Assembly: GCA_963773395.1 (NCBI GenBank)
Contig: CAVZAY010000001.1
Span: 6,491-70,490, forward strand
Length of the DNA: 64,000 nucleotides
Origin: an uncultured Solirubrobacterales bacterium
Lineage (GTDB): Bacteria; Actinomycetota; Thermoleophilia; Solirubrobacterales; Solirubrobacteraceae
Direction of reading: 5' to 3'
In this document: positions 19,951 through 29,721 of the stretch, piece after piece
Layout of the letters: each line of letters begins with the position of its first letter
Position numbering within the stretch: the stretch's first letter is position 1
Made by a program: the position numbers and the translations under genes
The notes under the pieces: model-generated
Database searches by the model: none
What the model was told of the DNA's origin: nothing
What the model saw: only the letters and a program-made list of their open reading frames with translations

Positions 19951-20527
19951 CAGCGCTCCGCCGTGAACCACTCCTCGAACGCGCGCAGCGCTCGCCCACG
20001 ATGGCTGATCGCGTCCTTCTCAGCGCCGCTCAGCTCGGCCATCGTCCGGCCGCTGGCGTCGTCGACCGGCACGAACACGGGGTCGTAGCCGAAGCCGCGC
20101 GCTGCCACGGCGCGACGCTGCCATGACACCGTCGCAGCGACGCTCGAAGACGCGCTCCTCGCCGCGTTCGGGGTCGACATAGACGAGCGCGCAGACATAG
20201 TGCAAGCCGCTCCCCGGCGGCACCTCGTTCGATCAGCAGCGCCAAGTTCTCCTCGTCGCTCGCCTCCTCGCCCGCGTAGCGCGCGGAGCGGACGCCCGGA
20301 CGCCCGCCGAGCGCGTCCGCCGCGATCCCCGAGTCGTCGGCGATCGCGGCGCGGCCGGTCTGCGCCGCCGCCGCCCGCGCCTTGTCGAGCGCGTTCTCGA
20401 CGAACGTCTCCCCCGTCTCGGGCGGCAACTCGACCGTTTCCGGCAGCGGCTCGAGCTCGATGACCGACAGCAGGCGGCGGAACTCGCGCAGCTTGTGCTC
20501 GTTGCGCGTCGCGAGGATCAGCGGCAT
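19950..20527 (-). pseudogene. rdgB: non-canonical purine NTP pyrophosphatase RdgB, two frame breaks
   Basis: Three frames are needed. First: [20 protein letters not shown]...[25 protein letters not shown] (ORF 20030..20527). Second: [32 protein letters not shown] (ORF 20020..20223). Third: [37 protein letters not shown] (ORF 19950..20600). Breaks are near 20227 and 20100. Confidence 0.85.
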
Positions 20528-21280
20528 CGGGTCGCGGCTGAGCTATCCGCTCGCACGGGCGCTGAGATTGCGGCGTCCTGGAGGACGCGCAGCTGCGCAA
20601 TCGCGCCGCGCCGCCAGCGCGAGCAGCTCGTCGAGCGAGGCGCGCGTCAGCGGCGTACGCTCGGCCGTCGCCTGGACCTCGACGAGGCCGCCGTCACCGG
20701 TCATCACGACGTTCGCGTCAACCTCGGCGCGGGAGTCCTCGCGAGTAATCGAGGTCGAGCAGGCTGGCGCCGTCGACAACACCGCACGACACCGCCGCGA
20801 CCGCCCCGTCAGCGGGTAGCGCGCCAGCTCGCCCGCGCCGACGAGCCGCGACGTGGCCCGGGCGAAGGCGACGTAAGCGCCCGTGATCGAGGCGCAGCGC
20901 GTGCCGCCGTCGGCCTGGAGGACATCGCAGTCGAGGTAGACCGTCCGCTCCCCGAGCGCCTCGAAATCGACGACGGCGCGCACGGAGCGCCCGATCAGCC
21001 GCTGGATCTCGACCGTCCGCCCGTCGAGGCGCCCGCGCGTCGCGTCGCGCGCCTTGCGCTCGCCGGTCGAGGCCGGCAGCATCCCGTACTCGGCAGTCAG
21101 CCAGCCGCGCCCGCTGCCGGCAAGCCAGCGCGGCACGCCCGGCTCGACCGACGCCGTGCAGATCACCTTCGTCTCGCCGATGCTGATCAGCGCCGAGCCC
21201 GTCGCGGGCTCGACGAAGTCGACCTCGAACGCGACCGGGCGCAGGCCGTCAGCCGCGCGTGAGTAGCTGCGCTCGCTCAC
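20518..21280 (-). pseudogene. rph: ribonuclease PH, three frame breaks
   Basis: GTG 21280 overlaps the murI TGA. VSERSYSRAADGLRPVAFEVDF...TAEYGMLPASTGERKARDATRGRLDGRTVEIQRLIGRS...DCDVLQADGGTRCASITGAYVA reads in the frame of ORF 20543..22198. AVAAVSCGVVDGASLLDLDYS needs a missing G in the run 20803..20806 and an extra base near 20741. The C-terminal [13 protein letters not shown] needs a break near 20611. The repaired stop at 20518 overlaps the rdgB start. Confidence 0.8.
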
Positions 21281-22129
21281 GCCGCCACAGCCGAGCGCAG
21301 CTCGACATGCTCGATCTGCTCGATCGGCAGCTGGAGGAAGCGCGAGCCCACGGCGCGGAAAGCCTCGACGTCGCCGGTGCACAGGAAGCGGTAGTCGCCC
21401 TCGCCGCTGGCCTGGCTCGACAGGCCGGCGAGCTCGAGCGAGGCCGCAACCGACAGCGCCAGCGCACGGCCCGAGCTGACCAGGTTGACGCCCGGGCCGA
21501 GCATTCGCTGGAGCATCGGAGCGACCAGCGGGTAATGGGTGCAGCCGAGGATCACCGTGTCGACGCCGGCCTCGCGCAGCGGCGCGCAGTAGCCACGCAC
21601 GGCGTCGAGCGACGCGGTGGTCGACCGGGAACCCCTCCTGGATCATCGGCGCGAGACCAGGGCAGGCGACGCTCGTCAGCGTCGCGTCGGGCGCGTCGGC
21701 GTGCAGTGCGCGGTCGTAGGCGCCGCTCGCGACCGTCGCGGTCGTCGCGAGCAGGCCGATCCGCCGGTTGGCGCTGCGCGCCGCGGCGATCCGCGACTCC
21801 GGCTCGATCACGCCGATCACATCGACGCCGAGCGTCGTCGAGAGCATCCGCTCGCGCAGCGACGGCAGCGCGGCCGAGCTGAGCGCGTTGCAGGCGACGA
21901 CCAGCAGCTTTGCGCGACGCGCGAGCAGGTGCTCGGCGATCTCGAGCGCGAATCGCTCCAGATCGGCGGCGCTGTGCTCGCCGTAGGGGAAACGCGCGGT
22001 GTCCCCGAGATAGAGGAAGTCCTCATGCGGCAGCTCGACGAGCAGCTCCTGGAGCACCGTGAGGCCGCCGACGCCCGAGTCGAAGACCGCGATCGGGCGC
22101 TCACGCGGTGGGGGCGCTGGTGAGCTCAC
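21277..22129 (-). pseudogene. murI: glutamate racemase, one frame break
   Basis: The N-terminal two thirds (RPIAVFDSGVGGLTVLQEL...LLVVACNALSSAAL...GLLATTATVASGAY) are in the frame of ORF 20543..22198. The C-terminus (VRGYCAPLREAGVDTVILGCTHYPLV...) is in ORF 21277..21600. The break is near 21619. GTG 22129 preferred as start (track ORF starts at 22198). Confidence 0.85.
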
Positions 22130-22172
22130 CGTTCGTGATGATTCCAGATGCACCGCCGGATATGGTGGCTTC

Positions 22173-23087
22173 GTGCGGGCACTCGTGATCTCCAACATGG
22201 CGCCCTCGCACGCGAGTCCGGGCCGTGGCAGCTTCGTTCGCGACCAGGTCGCCGCCCTGCGCCGCCTGCCCGGCGTCGAAGTGGAGCTATTCGAATTCGT
22301 GCCCGGACTCAGCTCCTACCCGCTGGCGGCGCTCGCACTGCGCCGGCGCTTCAGCGGCAAGCGATTCGACGTCGTGCACGCGCACTTCGGCTTGACGGCA
22401 TGGCCGTCGCTCGCGGTGCGCGGCAGCCCCCACGCGCTGACGCTCCACGGGACCGACGTGCGCCACCCGCGAACGCGGCGCGCGACGCTCGCCGTGCTGG
22501 GGCGAATGGACCTCGTCGCCGCGGTCTCCGAAGCGCTCGCGTCCGAGCTGCCCGGCGAGGTCGCGGTCCTGCCGATCGGCGTCGCAATGGAGCGCTTTCG
22601 CCCGATCCCGCGTGCCGCGGCCCGTCTCGCGCTCGGGCTCGAGCGCGAGCGGCCCTACCTGCTGTTCCCCGCCGACCCGGCGCGCGCCGGCAAGCGATTC
22701 GACCGTGCGCGCGCGCTCGCGGGCGACGTGTCGCTGCTGACGCTCGGCCAGACCGCGCCCGATCACGTCACGCTCGCGATCAACGCCGCGAACGCGGTGC
22801 TCGTCCCCTCCGACGAGGAGGGCTACGGGCTCGCGGTGCTCGAGGCGCTCGCCTGCGACGTGCCCGTGCTCGCGACCCCGGTCGGGATCCACGAGCAGGC
22901 GCTCGCGGGGATCGAGGGCACGCTGTGCGCGCCGTTTGACCACGAGCTTTGGAGCGCTGCGCTCGCGCCGGCGCTGGCCGAGCCCGAGCCGCGGATCGCG
23001 GGCCGCGCGCGCGCGGCCCAGTTCGCGACGGACGTGATGGCCAGGCGCGTGCTCGCGGCGTGGGAGTCGCTCGTCGCGAGCGCTTAG
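22173..23087 (+). CDS. GT4-family glycosyltransferase
   Basis: ORF 22059..23087, GTG 22173: VRALVISNMAPSHASPGRGSFVRDQV...VVHAHFGLTAWP...VLVPSDEEGYGLAVLEALACDVPVLATPVG (E-x7-E region). Confidence 0.8.
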   Translation: MRALVISNMAPSHASPGRGSFVRDQVAALRRLPGVEVELFEFVPGLSSYPLAALALRRRFSGKRFDVVHAHFGLTAWPSLAVRGSPHALTLHGTDVRHPRTRRATLAVLGRMDLVAAVSEALASELPGEVAVLPIGVAMERFRPIPRAAARLALGLERERPYLLFPADPARAGKRFDRARALAGDVSLLTLGQTAPDHVTLAINAANAVLVPSDEEGYGLAVLEALACDVPVLATPVGIHEQALAGIEGTLCAPFDHELWSAALAPALAEPEPRIAGRARAAQFATDVMARRVLAAWESLVASA

Positions 23088-23098
23088 GATTCGCCCGG

Positions 23099-23455
23099 AT
23101 GGAGGCTTCCGAACAGCGGGCGACGAGCTTCCTCGAGCGTGCGCGCCTGCGCCGTCGCGTCGCCTACCTGCGGCGCCGGCGCGAGCTGGCGCTGCGCCAG
23201 CTTGGCCTTGCGGTGCTCGAGAAGGGCGACGTCGAAGCACAGCTCAGCGCGCTCGTTGCGCTCGAGGAGGAGCGGACCAAGCTCGAGCAGGCGCTCGGCG
23301 AGCACCGCGAGCTCGCGGTGCTGCGCGAGCCGGGGATCGCGGTCTGCCCGCAGTGCCAGACGATCCACGGCAGCGACGCGAACTTCTGCCCGAACTGCGG
23401 CGCCAAGCGCGCGCCGCTCAGCCGCGCCGAGCGTACGCAAGCTCGCGAAGCGTGA
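23099..23455 (+). CDS. coiled-coil protein with C-terminal zinc ribbon
   Basis: ATG 23099 within ORF 22949..23455: MEASEQRATSFLERARLRRRVAYL...CPQCQTIHGSDANFCPNCGAKR. Confidence 0.65.
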   Translation: MEASEQRATSFLERARLRRRVAYLRRRRELALRQLGLAVLEKGDVEAQLSALVALEEERTKLEQALGEHRELAVLREPGIAVCPQCQTIHGSDANFCPNCGAKRAPLSRAERTQAREA

Positions 23456-24359
23456 GCTCGACAGAACGCGCGAGCGCTGTGAGTTCGTAGCCGCCCTCCA
23501 GTACCAGACCAAGCGGCACCCCCAAATCAGTGCACAGCTCGCGCACGGCCGCGGTCATCGCCGCGAAGCCCTCGTCGCTGACGGCGCAATCGGCGAGCGG
23601 ATCCTCCGCGTGCGCGTCGTAGCCCGCCGAGACGAGCACGAGCTGCGGTTCGAACTGGCGCGCGAGCGGAACGGCGCGCTCCTCGACGAGGCCGCAGAAG
23701 ACGTCGTCGCCGGAGCCCGCGGGGACCGGCAGGTTCACGGTGAAGCCGGCGCCGTCGCCCGCGCCGTGGTCGGTCGCGGCGCCGGTTCCAGGCCAGAGGC
23801 CAGCCTGGTGGATCGAGATGAAGAGCACGCTCTGGCTGCGGGCGAAGATGTCGTTCGTCCCGTTGCCGTGATGGACGTCCCAGTCGAGGATCAGGACGCG
23901 CTCGAGGCCGTGCTCGCGCAGCGCGTGAGTCGCGGCCAGGGCGATGTTGTTGAACAGGCAGAAGCCCATCGCGCGCGCCACCTTGGCGTGGTGGCCCGGC
24001 GGGCGTCCGGCCGCGAAGCCCGTGCTCGCCGCCTTCGTCAGCAGCAGCTCGACGAGCTCGACCGCTGCGCCCGCTGAGCGCAGCGCCGCCTCCCAGGAAC
24101 CGGGACCGACGATCGTGTCGGCGTCGATCGCGCCGCCGCCGCGCTCGCAGTAGGCCGCCACGGCGGCGACGTACTCGTGGAAGTGGACGTGCTCGAGCAG
24201 CGCACGGTCGACGCGCGGCGCCTCGCGGCGCTCGAAGCCGTGCCAGCCGACGCGGTCGAGTTGCGCCTCGATCGCGCGGATCCGGTCGGCGCGCTCGGGG
24301 TGGGCGCCCGTGTCGTGGTCGAGCACCGCCGGATGGCTGAGATAGACCGGCGCGGACAT
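23418..24359 (-). CDS. histone deacetylase-family (AcuC/Aph-like) deacetylase
   Basis: ATG 24359 within ORF 23418..24926: MSAPVYLSHPAVLDHDTGAHPERADRI...RPPGHHA...ILDWDVHHGNGTNDIF...SAGYDAH...LEGGYE. Confidence 0.88.
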   Translation of the reverse strand: MSAPVYLSHPAVLDHDTGAHPERADRIRAIEAQLDRVGWHGFERREAPRVDRALLEHVHFHEYVAAVAAYCERGGGAIDADTIVGPGSWEAALRSAGAAVELVELLLTKAASTGFAAGRPPGHHAKVARAMGFCLFNNIALAATHALREHGLERVLILDWDVHHGNGTNDIFARSQSVLFISIHQAGLWPGTGAATDHGAGDGAGFTVNLPVPAGSGDDVFCGLVEERAVPLARQFEPQLVLVSAGYDAHAEDPLADCAVSDEGFAAMTAAVRELCTDLGVPLGLVLEGGYELTALARSVELTLRELAYARRG

Positions 24360-24379
24360 CGAGGTACGGTACAGCCCGC

Positions 24380-25837
24380 ATGTCCAGCAGCGCCCCCATC
24401 GAGGCCGACCTGGCCGTCGTCGGGGCGGGCGCCGCAGGGCTCTACGTGTCGCTCGTCGCGGCGGCCGAAGGGGCGACGATCGCGCTGCTCGCGGCCTCCT
24501 CGTTCGCGCAGACCGCCAGCTACTGGGCGCAGGGCGGCCTCGCGGCGGCGCTGTCGGTGGAGGACAGTCTCGAGGCCCACCTGCGCGACACGCAGATCGC
24601 CGGGCGGGCGCTCGTACGCGAGTCGGCTGCGCGCGTGCTCTGCGCCGAGGCGCCGGAGTGCGTGCGCGAGCTCGAACGACTCGGCGTGCACTTCGACGCC
24701 GACCGCCACGGCCAGCTCGCGCTCGGGCTCGAAGGCGGCCACTCGGTGCGGCGGATCGTGCACGCCGGCGGCAGCGCGACGGGGCGGCGCGTCGTCCGCC
24801 AGCTCTCGGCGCTAGCCGCCACCGAGCCGCGGATCGCGATCCTCGAGCACGCGCGCGCCACGCGCACTCCTGTCTGCGGACGGACGCTGCGCGGGCGTGA
24901 GCTGCGACGACGGGCGACGAGTGCATGCGCGCGCCGTCGTGATCTGCGCCGGTGGGGCGGCCGCACTGTGGTCGCGGACGACGAACCCGCCGGGCTCGCT
25001 AGGGACGGGCATGCTGCTGGCGCACGCAGCCGGTGCGCAGCTCGCGGACCTCGAGTTCATGCAGTTTCACCCAACCGCGGTGATCGGGGTGGCGGGCCGC
25101 GAGGGCTTCCTGATGACGGAGGCGATCCGTGGCGAGGGCGGCCTGCTGCTCGACGACGACGGTGAGCGCTTCGTCGACGAGCTCGCGCCGCGCGATGAGG
25201 TCAGCCGCGCGATCGACGCGCAGCTCACGGCGAGCGGTGGCCGCTGCGTCTGGCTCGACATGCGCAAGGTCGACCCGGCGCTCTTCCCGAACATCGTCGA
25301 GTCGCTTGCCGAGGCCGGGCTCGACGTGACGCGCGAGCTCGTGCCGGTCGCACCGGCCGCGCACTACATGGTCGGCGGGATCGTCGCCGACCTCGAAGGC
25401 CGCTCGAGCCTGCCCGGCCTGTTCGCGGTCGGCGAGTCGTCGTGCACGGGCCTGCACGGCGCCAACCGGCTCGCGTCCAACTCGCTCAGCGAGTGCTTCG
25501 TGTGGGGGGCGCCGCGCGGCTCGCGCGGCGGTCGCGGAGCCGGCTCGCGGACGTGGGCGAGCCGGAGCCCATCGCGACGCCGAGCCTCGCGGTGGATAGC
25601 GCCACGAAGTCCGCCCTCTGGGAGCTCGCGGGCCTGCGTCGAAGCGCCGAGGGCCTCGGGCGCCTGCTCGACGATCCGCACCCGCTCGCCCGCGCGATCG
25701 CACGCTGCGCGCTTGCCCGCACCGAGACGCGCGGAGTGCACTGCCGCACGGATCATCCGCAGACCGATCCGGAGCTCGACGCGCGCCATACAATCCTCGA
25801 CGCCGGCGGAGCGCCGACGCTGGAGCTGTGGAGCTGA
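24380..25837 (+). pseudogene. nadB: L-aspartate oxidase, three frame breaks
   Basis: Repaired reading: MSSSAPIEADLAVVGAGAAGLY...GGHSVRRIVHAGGSATGR...EHARAT / ALLSADGRCAGVSCDDG...FMQFHPTAV...LITEAIRGEGG-like...GESSCTGLHGANRLASNSLSECFVWG / RRAARAAVAEP / LADVGEPEP...ARTETRGVHCRTDHP. Breaks are at 24863, in the G-run 25504..25509, and at 25543. Confidence 0.88.
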
Positions 25838-25987
25838 GCGACCGCGCTCGGGGGCGTGCGGCCCCGGCCCGCTTAAGCCAGCCCTAACACGTCCGAATAG
25901 TCGCCTTCATACGGCCGGAGCACACTGGACCGCTGAGAGGAGCGCGTGCCCCCCGAGGCGCGCCGAGCGCAAAGGAAGGCGGACCCG

Positions 25988-26424
25988 ATGTATCAATTCA
26001 GCCGGGGGATGTTCAGGGAGCTCGCTCCGATGGTCGAACAACGCAACGGCGGGCGCCACTACATGGACGACCAGCTCTACGTTCTGCACGCCTGCGAGGG
26101 AGCGGTGCGGCGCCTCGCGACCGACCGCCACTATTTCGCGCGCCCGGCGCGGACGCTTTTCGCCGACGTGCGCAGCTACTTCCCGGTCGCGCGCCAGCAG
26201 CAGGTCTACGCCGTCATTGAGCGCTACATCGCGCTCGCGGACGAGTTCCTTGCGTCGCTGCCGCCGGCCGGCTGCGATGCGGAGGGGAACCCGCTGCAGT
26301 GTCGCGCGCTGACGCGCAAGGGCACGGCGTGCCAGCGCGTCCGCTCGCGCACAACGGTTACTGCCCGTCGCACCAGCACCTGGCCGAGACCGAGCACGCA
26401 GCACCTGCCGCTCTGGCGGCGTAG
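25988..26424 (+). pseudogene. hypothetical protein with C-terminal Cys3-His knuckle, one probable frame break
   Basis: MYQFSRGMFRELAPMVEQRNGG... in ORF 25946..26512. One missing base near 26337 switches to a frame reading CRALTRKGTACQR/RPLAHNGYCPSHQHLAETEHAAPAALAA and stopping at 26424. The uncorrected frame gives an Arg-rich tail that runs into the next gene. Confidence 0.5.
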
Positions 26425-26469
26425 GACCCCGCGGCAACCCCGACTCGACGCGGAGGTAGGCTGCCGGGG

Positions 26470-27391
26470 ATGGCGGCAAAGCCCCGGATCGGCTTCGTCG
26501 GGCTCGGGATGATGGGCTACCTGATGGCGGCGTCGCTGCGGCGCGCCGGTTTCGCGGTCAGCGTCTGGAACCGAACGCCTGAGAAGGCCGAGCGCTGGGT
26601 CGCTGAGCACGGCGGCGATGTGGCGGCGACCCCAGCCGAGCTTGCGGCGAACGTCGAGCTCGTAATCACGATGGTCGTCGACGGGCCGCAGGTCAGGGAG
26701 CTGCTGCTCGGCCGCGACGGTGTCGTGCACGGCGCGGGGGATGGTCTGCTGTGCGTCGACTGCTCGACGATCGGGCGCGAGGCCGCGCTCGCGATCGGCG
26801 CCGAGCTGCGCGAGCATGGGCTGCGATTCGTGGATGCGCCGGTTACCGGCTCGACCCCCGCCGCCCGCGACGGCACGCTGACGATCATGGTCGGCGGGGC
26901 TGACGGCGACGTCGCGCAGGCGCGGCCTGCGCTCGCGGCGATGAGCGCGCGGGTCATCCACGCGGACCGCTCGGCAACGGCCAGGCGATCAAGGTGATCA
27001 ACAACGCCGTTGCGGCAGCCAACGCCGTGACGGTGGCGGAGGCACTGATTGCGGCTGCCGCCGGCGGGCTCGACCTCGACGCGGTGGTCGCCGTGCTGAG
27101 CAGCGGGCTCGGGCGGATCGAAGATCCTCGAAGCGAAAGGCGCGGCGATGCGTGCGCACGACTACACGCCGCTCTTTCGCACCGCGCACATGGCAAAAGA
27201 CGTCGCACTCTGTGTCGAGGAAGCGGGTCCTGGGGCGCTTTCGCAGCGCCGAGCTCGCGCTTGGGGATCTGCGTGTCGCCGCGCATCAGGGCTATGCGGA
27301 CGCGGACTTCGCGGCCGTTGTCGAGGCCGTCGAGGGGCGCTCCGACGGGCATTTGGGGAGCCGCTCGAAAGCTCGGGAAACTACTAAATAG
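26470..27391 (+). pseudogene. NAD(P)-dependent 3-hydroxyisobutyrate/6-phosphogluconate dehydrogenase-family oxidoreductase, three frame breaks
   Basis: Repaired reading: MAAKPRIGFVGLGMMGYLMAASL...VDAPVTGSTPAARDGTLTIMVGG...VIHAG / PLGNGQAIKVINNAVAAANAVTVAEAL...VLSSG / SGGSKILEAKGAAMRAHDYTPLFRTAHMAKDVALCVEEA / VLGRFRSAELALGDLRVAAHQGYADADFAAVVEAV. Breaks are near 26965 (missing base), 27108 and 27226 (extra bases). Confidence 0.8.
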
Positions 27392-27400
27392 CAGCAAAAT

Positions 27401-27429
27401 TTGGAGTTTTCCGGGCGATTGCGTATCCT
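27401..27429 (+). promoter_or_regulatory. candidate housekeeping-type promoter (TTGGAG-17 nt-TATCCT) in the most AT-rich spacer of the window
   Basis: TTGGAG 27401..27406, a 17-nt spacer, then TATCCT 27424..27429, about 70 nt upstream of the DUF1802 ATG. Sequence pattern only. Confidence 0.35.
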
Positions 27430-27497
27430 GTAGTCGTCGCTTGGTGAAACGCCTGCAACGCCTCGCGACGGCTCATCTCGAACTCTCTGATCTAGTG

Positions 27498-28130
27498 ATG
27501 CCAATTGCTTTCAAGGAATGGGCGGTGACCGTCCGCGCGCTCGCCGAGGGTGAGCAGCTCGTCACGCTCCGTAAGGGCGGCATCCGCGAGCCGCAGAAGC
27601 ATTTCGAGGTGGAGTACGAGCGGTTCTTCCTCTACCCCACCTTCGACCACCAGCGCTCGGACCTCGTGCGCGAGTCCCATCGCCCCGAGCTGCGCCGCGC
27701 GCTCGAGGAGGGCGTCTGGGCTGACGGCGAGCCGTCACTGCCGGGCGCCCGGTCGACCCTCGCCCTGCTGCCGCCTGACCGCGTCCGCATCCGCGCCTGG
27801 GCCGAAGTCGCGGCCCAGTACACGGTCACCGACCCGCGCGTCGTCGACGCGCTTTCGCCGTTCTACGTATGGACGCCCGACTACGCCGAGAAGCGCCTCG
27901 AGTGGAAGCGCCGGCATCCGCTGCACGTCCTGCTGCTGCGCACATATCGCATCCCGCGGCCGGTGACGGTCAAGGTGCGCGACGAGTACGCCGGCTGCCG
28001 CTCGTGGCTCGAGCTGCAGCGCGACCTCCCGTTCGAGGGCACACCAGTCCTCTCGGACGAGGAGTTCGACCGGGCCGCCGAGGAGATCGAGTCGATCATC
28101 TCGAGCGCCCGCGAGCCCGTCTACGCGTAG
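27498..28130 (+). CDS. DUF1802-family protein
   Basis: ATG 27498 within the chimeric ORF 26994..28130: MPIAFKEWAVTVRALAEGEQLVTLRKGGIREPQKHFEVEYERFFLYPTFDHQ... Confidence 0.75.
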   Translation: MPIAFKEWAVTVRALAEGEQLVTLRKGGIREPQKHFEVEYERFFLYPTFDHQRSDLVRESHRPELRRALEEGVWADGEPSLPGARSTLALLPPDRVRIRAWAEVAAQYTVTDPRVVDALSPFYVWTPDYAEKRLEWKRRHPLHVLLLRTYRIPRPVTVKVRDEYAGCRSWLELQRDLPFEGTPVLSDEEFDRAAEEIESIISSAREPVYA

Positions 28131-28290
28131 GACCCTTGCCCGTCAGGGGCAGGAGTGGCGCGTGCGCTTGTAAATGCTCTGGGCGGCGCTCTGGAGCGGT
28201 CCCATCACGTTGCTGAGCGTGCCGCCCACGGTACGCTCGATGCCGATAGCTGCGGGCGGGGCGTCCGGGAGCAGTCGGCCGGCGCGCAGG

Positions 28291-28707
28291 TCAGGCGACC
28301 GTCAGGTCGATCTCGGCGACGCCGCCCTCATCGATTCGAAAGCCGCGTAGCGCCGGCTGCGCGCCGGCGAGGCCGACGATCAGGTAGATCGTTCCCGGCC
28401 ACAGCGGCTTGCCGAGCTCCGGCGGCACAGCGATATTGATGTCGGTCTGCGACGGGTACGGCTCGCTTCGCGTGTGCGAGTGATAGATCGCGCCGAGCTC
28501 GAGGCCGGCAGCCTCGATCTCCCCAAGCAACCGGTACATCTCGGCCGGCTCGATCTCGTAGCGAAGCGGGCTCGCATGGATGTTCGTCGCGGGGTAGACG
28601 CGGCGGGCCTCGCCGTCGGCGGAGCCGACCATGCCGCAGCACTCGTTTGGCGCTTGTGCCAGCGCGTGGGCGACGATCTCGTCGCGCAGCGTACTGGGGA
28701 TCTTCAT
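28291..28707 (-). CDS. mec: JAMM/MPN+ metalloprotease Mec (CysO-cysteine peptidase)
   Basis: ATG 28707 within ORF 28291..28887: MKIPSTLRDEIVAHALAQAPNECCGMVG...AIYHSHTRSEPYPSQTDI (E...HxHx7Sx2D). Confidence 0.88.
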   Translation of the reverse strand: MKIPSTLRDEIVAHALAQAPNECCGMVGSADGEARRVYPATNIHASPLRYEIEPAEMYRLLGEIEAAGLELGAIYHSHTRSEPYPSQTDINIAVPPELGKPLWPGTIYLIVGLAGAQPALRGFRIDEGGVAEIDLTVA

Positions 28708-28729
28708 GGCGCAGGCGGCGCGCCGGCGC

Positions 28730-29701
28730 TCACCACCACAGCGTCGACTCGAGGTTCTCGATCTCCTCGAGCGGGCGTGTGTAGACGCCGCTCGAGAGAT
28801 AGCGCCAACCGTCGTCGGCGACGATGAAGACGACGTTCCCCTCGTCGAGCTCGCCTGCGATGCGCGCCGCGACGCGCGCAATCGCACCCGAGGAGACGCC
28901 GGCGAAGATGCCTTCCTCGTCGAGCAGCTTTCGCGTCCAGATGATCGCGTCGCGGTTGGTCACGAAGATCTTGCGGTCGAGCAGCGAGAGGTCGATGATC
29001 GGCGGGATGAACCCGTCGTCGAGCGAGCGCAGGCCTTGGACCGGCTCGCCCTGCATCGGCTCGGCCGCGACGATCTTGACGCCGTCGCCGAGAACCTCCT
29101 TCAAGCGGCGGCCGTTGCCCATCAGCGTGCCGCCGGTCCCAAGCCCGGCGACGAACGCCGCAACGCTGTCGAGCTCCTCGAGTATCTCCAGCGCAGTGCC
29201 GTCGTAGTGGGCGCGCGGGTTCGCCTCGTTGCCGTACTGGTAGGGCATGTAGTAACGCGAGTCGGCCGACGCAAGCTCGAGCGCCAGCTCGACGGCGCCG
29301 TTCGAGCCCTTGGCGCCCTCCGAGGAAACGATCTCGGCGCCCCACATCTGGAGCAGCTGGATGCGCTCGGTCGTGACGTTGTCGGGCATCACGACCTTGA
29401 GCGGGTAGCCCTTCAGCCGGCAGAGCATCGCGAGCGAGATCCCGGTGTTGCCGGATGTCGGCTCGAGAATCACCTGTCCGGGAGCGATCGCGCCCTTCTC
29501 CTCGGCGTCCTCGAGCAGCGAGCGCGCGACCCGGTCCTTGACCGAGCCCGTCGGGTTGCGCGACTCGAGCTTCGCCCAGATTCGCACGCCGGGCTTCGGC
29601 GAGAGCTGACGCAGCTCGACTAGCGGCGTGTTGCCGATCGATTGCACGACGTCGGCATAGCGCCCACCGCAGGGGCGATTCTCAAGCTCCCGTGCTCCCA
29701 T
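28730..29701 (-). CDS. cysM: CysO-thiocarboxylate-dependent cysteine synthase (CysM type)
   Basis: ATG 29701 within ORF 28730..30064: ...IGNTPLVELRQLSPKPGVRIWAKLESRNPTGSVKDRVA...EPTSGNTGISLA...GLGTGGTLMG. Confidence 0.88.
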   Translation of the reverse strand: MGARELENRPCGGRYADVVQSIGNTPLVELRQLSPKPGVRIWAKLESRNPTGSVKDRVARSLLEDAEEKGAIAPGQVILEPTSGNTGISLAMLCRLKGYPLKVVMPDNVTTERIQLLQMWGAEIVSSEGAKGSNGAVELALELASADSRYYMPYQYGNEANPRAHYDGTALEILEELDSVAAFVAGLGTGGTLMGNGRRLKEVLGDGVKIVAAEPMQGEPVQGLRSLDDGFIPPIIDLSLLDRKIFVTNRDAIIWTRKLLDEEGIFAGVSSGAIARVAARIAGELDEGNVVFIVADDGWRYLSSGVYTRPLEEIENLESTLWW

Positions 29702-29721
29702 CGCTTTACAGAAGATAGCGG

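Noticed and set aside
20543-22198. 551-aa ORF that looks like one large gene
   Set aside because: A chimera: murI N-terminus, out-of-frame murI C-terminus, then most of rph. It arises from the murI frame break near 21619 and the GTGA junction at 21277-21280.
26994-28130. 378-aa ORF spanning the dehydrogenase 3' part, the AT-rich spacer and DUF1802
   Set aside because: The first third is only partly in the real dehydrogenase frame, the middle is intergenic, and only 27498..28130 is a coherent protein.
28131-28290. Small high-GC3 minus-strand frame downstream of mec (…GTLSNVMGPLQSAAQSIYKRTRHSCP) and a weak hairpin at 28135-28160
   Set aside because: No convincing start codon or RBS, at most 20-28 aa, and only a 5-bp stem. 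Insufficient evidence for a gene or a terminator.
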